NCBI GenBank assembly: GCA_963753595.1
Contig: CAVWCX010000002.1
Location: 1-64,000, forward strand
Source of the DNA: Candidatus Methanoperedenaceae archaeon
Lineage (GTDB): Archaea > Halobacteriota > Methanosarcinia > Methanosarcinales > Methanoperedenaceae
Direction of reading: 5' to 3'
DNA: 64,000 nucleotides
The position numbers and the translations under genes are program-made. How positions within the stretch are numbered: the stretch's first letter is position 1; each line of letters starts with the position of its first letter. This document shows positions 60,748-64,000 of this stretch, piece by piece. Under the pieces are notes generated by a model. It was not told the origin of the DNA. It did no database searches and saw nothing but the letters and a program-made list of their open reading frames with translations.

Positions 60748-61407
60748 ATGGCCCCAATGAAAAATTGTATTCTCTGTAATAATTCCGCAGTTCATCCTCT
60801 TATATTTACAAAAACGTACCAAAAAATGGGAAAACGAAGTTATTTTCGCTGCCATGAATGTGACCTGATCTTTGTGCCTGAAGAGTTCCATCTTTTGCCC
60901 AAAGATGAAGAAGCCCGGTATTTACTTCATAATAATACGCTTTCAAACGAAGGGTATGTGAACATGTTCATGGAAAAAATAAAACTTATACATCAATATT
61001 GTCCCGGCATCAGTTCGATACTTGATTACGGGTGCGGGAATGAACATATCCTGATTGACTTACTGCAACGAGAGGCATATGATTGTGATTGCTATGACCT
61101 TTATTTCCATCCCTGGTTTCCTGTACGTTCATATGACCTCGTGATCTCTACAGAAGTTTTCGAGCATTTCAGGAATGCCAGGAATGAATTGATAAAAATA
61201 CTTCCCCTTCTAAGGCCGGGAGGATTTCTTGCAATTATGACATCATTTCATGATACTGTAGAGGATTTTGAAAATTGGTGGTACCACAGCGATCCAACAC
61301 ACATTTGTTTTTTCAGCACGAAAACGTTTGATTGGATTTCAAAGCAATTTGGATTTAAGAAAATTTATTCTAACCAAAAAAACTTTATAATATTACAGTT
61401 AAAATAA
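60748..61407 (+). CDS. Class I SAM-dependent methyltransferase with N-terminal Zn ribbon
   Basis: CILC...CHEC, LDYGCG, TEVFEHF, WWYHSDPTHICFF. Confidence 0.85.
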   Translation: MAPMKNCILCNNSAVHPLIFTKTYQKMGKRSYFRCHECDLIFVPEEFHLLPKDEEARYLLHNNTLSNEGYVNMFMEKIKLIHQYCPGISSILDYGCGNEHILIDLLQREAYDCDCYDLYFHPWFPVRSYDLVISTEVFEHFRNARNELIKILPLLRPGGFLAIMTSFHDTVEDFENWWYHSDPTHICFFSTKTFDWISKQFGFKKIYSNQKNFIILQLK

Positions 61408-61468
61408 ATTCACTTAGACTATCTCTATATACTATAAAATGATTATAATTACTTATAGGAGTGATTCT

Positions 61469-61777
61469 ATGGCAGAACCAAAGAAATCTTTCATGCAAGA
61501 GTTTAATGACTTTTTGACCAAATATGGAGTTATCGGATTGGCAGTTGCATTCGTAATGGGCGCAGCGGTCACAAAGCTTGTTTCGGCGCTTGTTGCCGAT
61601 CTTATAATGCCTATTATTGGCGCCGTGATACCTGGCGGTGACTGGAGGGCTGCAACCCTATCCGTTGGAAGTATTAAGTTCATGATCGGGGATTTTGCTG
61701 GTGCGTTAATAGATTTCATTATAATTGCAATTGTAATTTTCATGATCGTAAAGTCCCTAATCAAAGAAAAAAAGTGA
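61469..61777 (+). CDS. mscL: MscL-family mechanosensitive channel
   Basis: EFNDFL, VIGLAVAFVMG, LVADLIMPII, GDFAGALIDFIIIA. Confidence 0.88.
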   Translation: MAEPKKSFMQEFNDFLTKYGVIGLAVAFVMGAAVTKLVSALVADLIMPIIGAVIPGGDWRAATLSVGSIKFMIGDFAGALIDFIIIAIVIFMIVKSLIKEKK

Positions 61778-61787
61778 ACGAAAATAA

Positions 61788-63086
61788 TTAATTTTTTATT
61801 TTTCTCATAACGATCCCTTCCGCCACTTTGGGAAGGAAAAGCGTTGACTTCTGGGGAAAATTCTTCCCTTCAATAAATGCTTTTCTTTCAACGTCTTTTA
61901 TTGAGAACGGATTTAAAAGAAACGCAACTTTATATTCCTTTGAATCCACTCTTGTTATTGCTTCTTCAGGACTTGCATTAAAAGACACATCCTCTACAGG
62001 CTTTCCCTGGATGACAGGATTGATCAGCCATTCATGAAGAACAATAAGGTCAAGCCCTACAATTTCTTTTTTCTCTCTTGAAAGATCATGCACAGCTTTC
62101 TCATCTGCCCTGAGGATGCTGAATTTTTTGCCGTCGTACATGCCAAGTTTAATATCAAATTCACTTCTGCGTTTCCTGAGCCGTGAATAGAATTCCTCAT
62201 CGTTCGTATTGCTTTCCCAGTCGATTGAAAAATTCTCCCGTATTTTTTGTGTAAGTTCCTGTTCAATGAAATTGCGGACTGCCCTGTGCCAGGGTAAAAG
62301 TAAAAGAGCCCTGTCCCCTCCTTCCATCAGCATCATCATTGTATATTCAATGCCATCCTTTTCCCTCAGTAGATTTGAAGCTGTGTACCTGTGGTGCCCG
62401 TCAAGTATGAGAAGCTTAAGTCCTTTTGTCAACTTCTTGATCTTGCGGATCAATATTTCGTCAGTTATCTCCCACAAAAAATGACGGCTGCCATTCAGGA
62501 TGACATCAACAACAGGAGGCTTATTTGGATCAGGTACGAAATCCGGGCGCTTAAAACCCAGGTATTCCTCGAAAAGGTTGTTCAAATCATGGTCTGGCAT
62601 GCTGTATTCAGCTGCGATCGGTGAAAAATTCATCATACTTGCTTTCATCAACCTGTAGCGTTCATTTGAATTTATCTCAAAAATATTCTCATGCCCCACG
62701 ATATTTCCTTTACCGAGTTCTTCAACTTTGACCAGTGTTACAAGACCGAATACAAAATACAGGCTTTTCCTGTCCTTTTCAGGAAGAAGGGCAAGTATTT
62801 CAGGAGAAAGGGAATACATGATCCCGTAAATATAAAATGCAGGTTTTTCTTGTTGAATGAGTACCTTTGTGCTGATGAAACGATCGAGTTCTTTTTTTGC
62901 AGATTCAATGAATTCATCCCGGTCCATGTCCTTCCTTCGGGTCGTAACATGGATTATGTTGTTTTTCTCATGGGCGAATTTCTGGTAATTTGCAGCATCT
63001 ATGGTATCATAAACAGGACAAATGAGTTGATCTACCTGCATTTGCGGATTAATTACCGTGGCTTTAAAAGGTCGAATTTCTACCAT
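61788..63086 (-). CDS. DUF1015-family protein (ParB/Srx-like fold)
   Basis: EIRPFKA, PVYD, HENI, ILDGHHRY, PQKSTLFLPK. Confidence 0.82.
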   Translation of the reverse strand: MVEIRPFKATVINPQMQVDQLICPVYDTIDAANYQKFAHEKNNIIHVTTRRKDMDRDEFIESAKKELDRFISTKVLIQQEKPAFYIYGIMYSLSPEILALLPEKDRKSLYFVFGLVTLVKVEELGKGNIVGHENIFEINSNERYRLMKASMMNFSPIAAEYSMPDHDLNNLFEEYLGFKRPDFVPDPNKPPVVDVILNGSRHFLWEITDEILIRKIKKLTKGLKLLILDGHHRYTASNLLREKDGIEYTMMMLMEGGDRALLLLPWHRAVRNFIEQELTQKIRENFSIDWESNTNDEEFYSRLRKRRSEFDIKLGMYDGKKFSILRADEKAVHDLSREKKEIVGLDLIVLHEWLINPVIQGKPVEDVSFNASPEEAITRVDSKEYKVAFLLNPFSIKDVERKAFIEGKNFPQKSTLFLPKVAEGIVMRKIKN

Positions 63087-63172
63087 TGGTGAGCATCCTT
63101 TCAACATTTATTTTTTTGGCTCTCAAAGGTCAATATAGAACTTGAATGTTTCGAGACAATAATATCCGAATT

Positions 63173-63922
63173 TTAAGGCTTTACAGTTGCAGCGATCTTA
63201 CCCTGCCTGAATACCCGTATTACCCCGCCGCTTTGTGAAATTACCACTCCTATTGAATCTGTCCTCTGGGTAATGGCCGCTACTGAAGAGTGGCGCGTGC
63301 CAAGACCTTTTTGCAGTTTTACCATTCCTGTATCTAAGGTAATGTATCGCCCTGCAGCTTCAACAACCCCATCTCCTGTTATCACGAAGGCCCCATCCAA
63401 TTGTGCAAATTCTTTGATATTATCGCTTATATCCGGGTCTGTTATCAATCTTTCTTCTTTTTTATATCCCTGGAAGGGATTCATTATTAGCTGCCTGGAT
63501 TTAGCCATTACGTTTTCAGAATCCCCCAACAGGAAAGCTGTGCCAATAGAACGGCCCTCTCTTCCTTCTGTACTTATTTCAAGTGCGATTTTTATTACAG
63601 CCTCAAAGACCGTCTCCTTTACCCCTGTTCCTTTTAGCAGTTCTGTTATATCATTTTGCGGGCTTTCTTGTACCTGGGGTTTTTTGACTTGGATGAGCCC
63701 GAGCTTACTTTGAAGCAGGGCTAAGCGGTTCTGGTAATAACTTATAAGGCTCCTGATAACATTTATTTCACTAAAGTCATCGGTAATTTCAGCCGCATTC
63801 TTAAATCTTGCAATTGCCCTTATATATAATTCCCTGGCAAGCTCAAGATCTCCTCTATCCTGTGCGCTTTCAGCCCTTTTTACAATATTTCGTCCATCAT
63901 CCAAAAGAACGTTTTTGCTCAA
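63173..63922 (-). CDS. Diadenylate cyclase (DisA_N, DacZ-like) with N-terminal MIT-like helical domain
   Basis: EGREGRSIGT, KEFAQLDGAFV, GLGTRH, VISQSGG; N-terminal three-helix pattern A..AQDRGDLELARELY..A. Confidence 0.82.
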   Translation of the reverse strand: MSKNVLLDDGRNIVKRAESAQDRGDLELARELYIRAIARFKNAAEITDDFSEINVIRSLISYYQNRLALLQSKLGLIQVKKPQVQESPQNDITELLKGTGVKETVFEAVIKIALEISTEGREGRSIGTAFLLGDSENVMAKSRQLIMNPFQGYKKEERLITDPDISDNIKEFAQLDGAFVITGDGVVEAAGRYITLDTGMVKLQKGLGTRHSSVAAITQRTDSIGVVISQSGGVIRVFRQGKIAATVKP

Positions 63923-64000
63923 TTCAAATCACTTCAATATCCATTCGATAATTTCGAGATGATAAGCGTTCTAATAATATAAGGCTAAAGGTCAAATAAA

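Noticed and set aside
60614-61407. Integrated element at the tRNA-Val 3' end
   Set aside because: No integrase and no duplicated tRNA 3' end seen; only a single somewhat AT-rich methyltransferase gene follows.

Overview
Chromosomal segment of a methanogen-lineage archaeon. Gene content and synteny (mtxX/marker 4, tiaS, rpl7ae-rps28e-rpl24e-ndk-aIF5B, group II chaperonin, MetOD1/KaiC signalling) suggest Methanosarcinales, most plausibly Ca. Methanoperedens (ANME-2d); this assignment is an inference. Most of the window is housekeeping: mutS, tRNA modification, Arg/Pro/Trp/Asn/NAD metabolism, RPA, ths-grpE-dnaK, Fe-S assembly, ribosomal proteins and two tRNAs, interspersed with many toxin-antitoxin modules. 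Three genes (mutS, a histidine kinase, a cyclophilin) are split by frameshifts that look like sequencing indels. Highlights: (1) a probable decayed casposon at the 3' end of tRNA-Leu(TAG), with a casposase (Cas1-solo) C-terminal remnant, a TIR-like end placed 14 bp from the tRNA CGCA end, and an intact PARIS-like ABC-ATPase + DUF4435/TOPRIM defence pair as cargo; (2) a family of unannotated hairpin sRNA candidates with C-rich anti-Shine-Dalgarno loops, two in tandem with their own TATA boxes, a compensatory stem change and TTCGTA-N4-TACGAA operators; (3) a family of 9-10-bp-periodic palindromic intergenic elements, one nested inside another; (4) an MIT-like/diadenylate cyclase fusion and several small ORFs missed by the ORF track. 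No CRISPR array or rRNA was seen.
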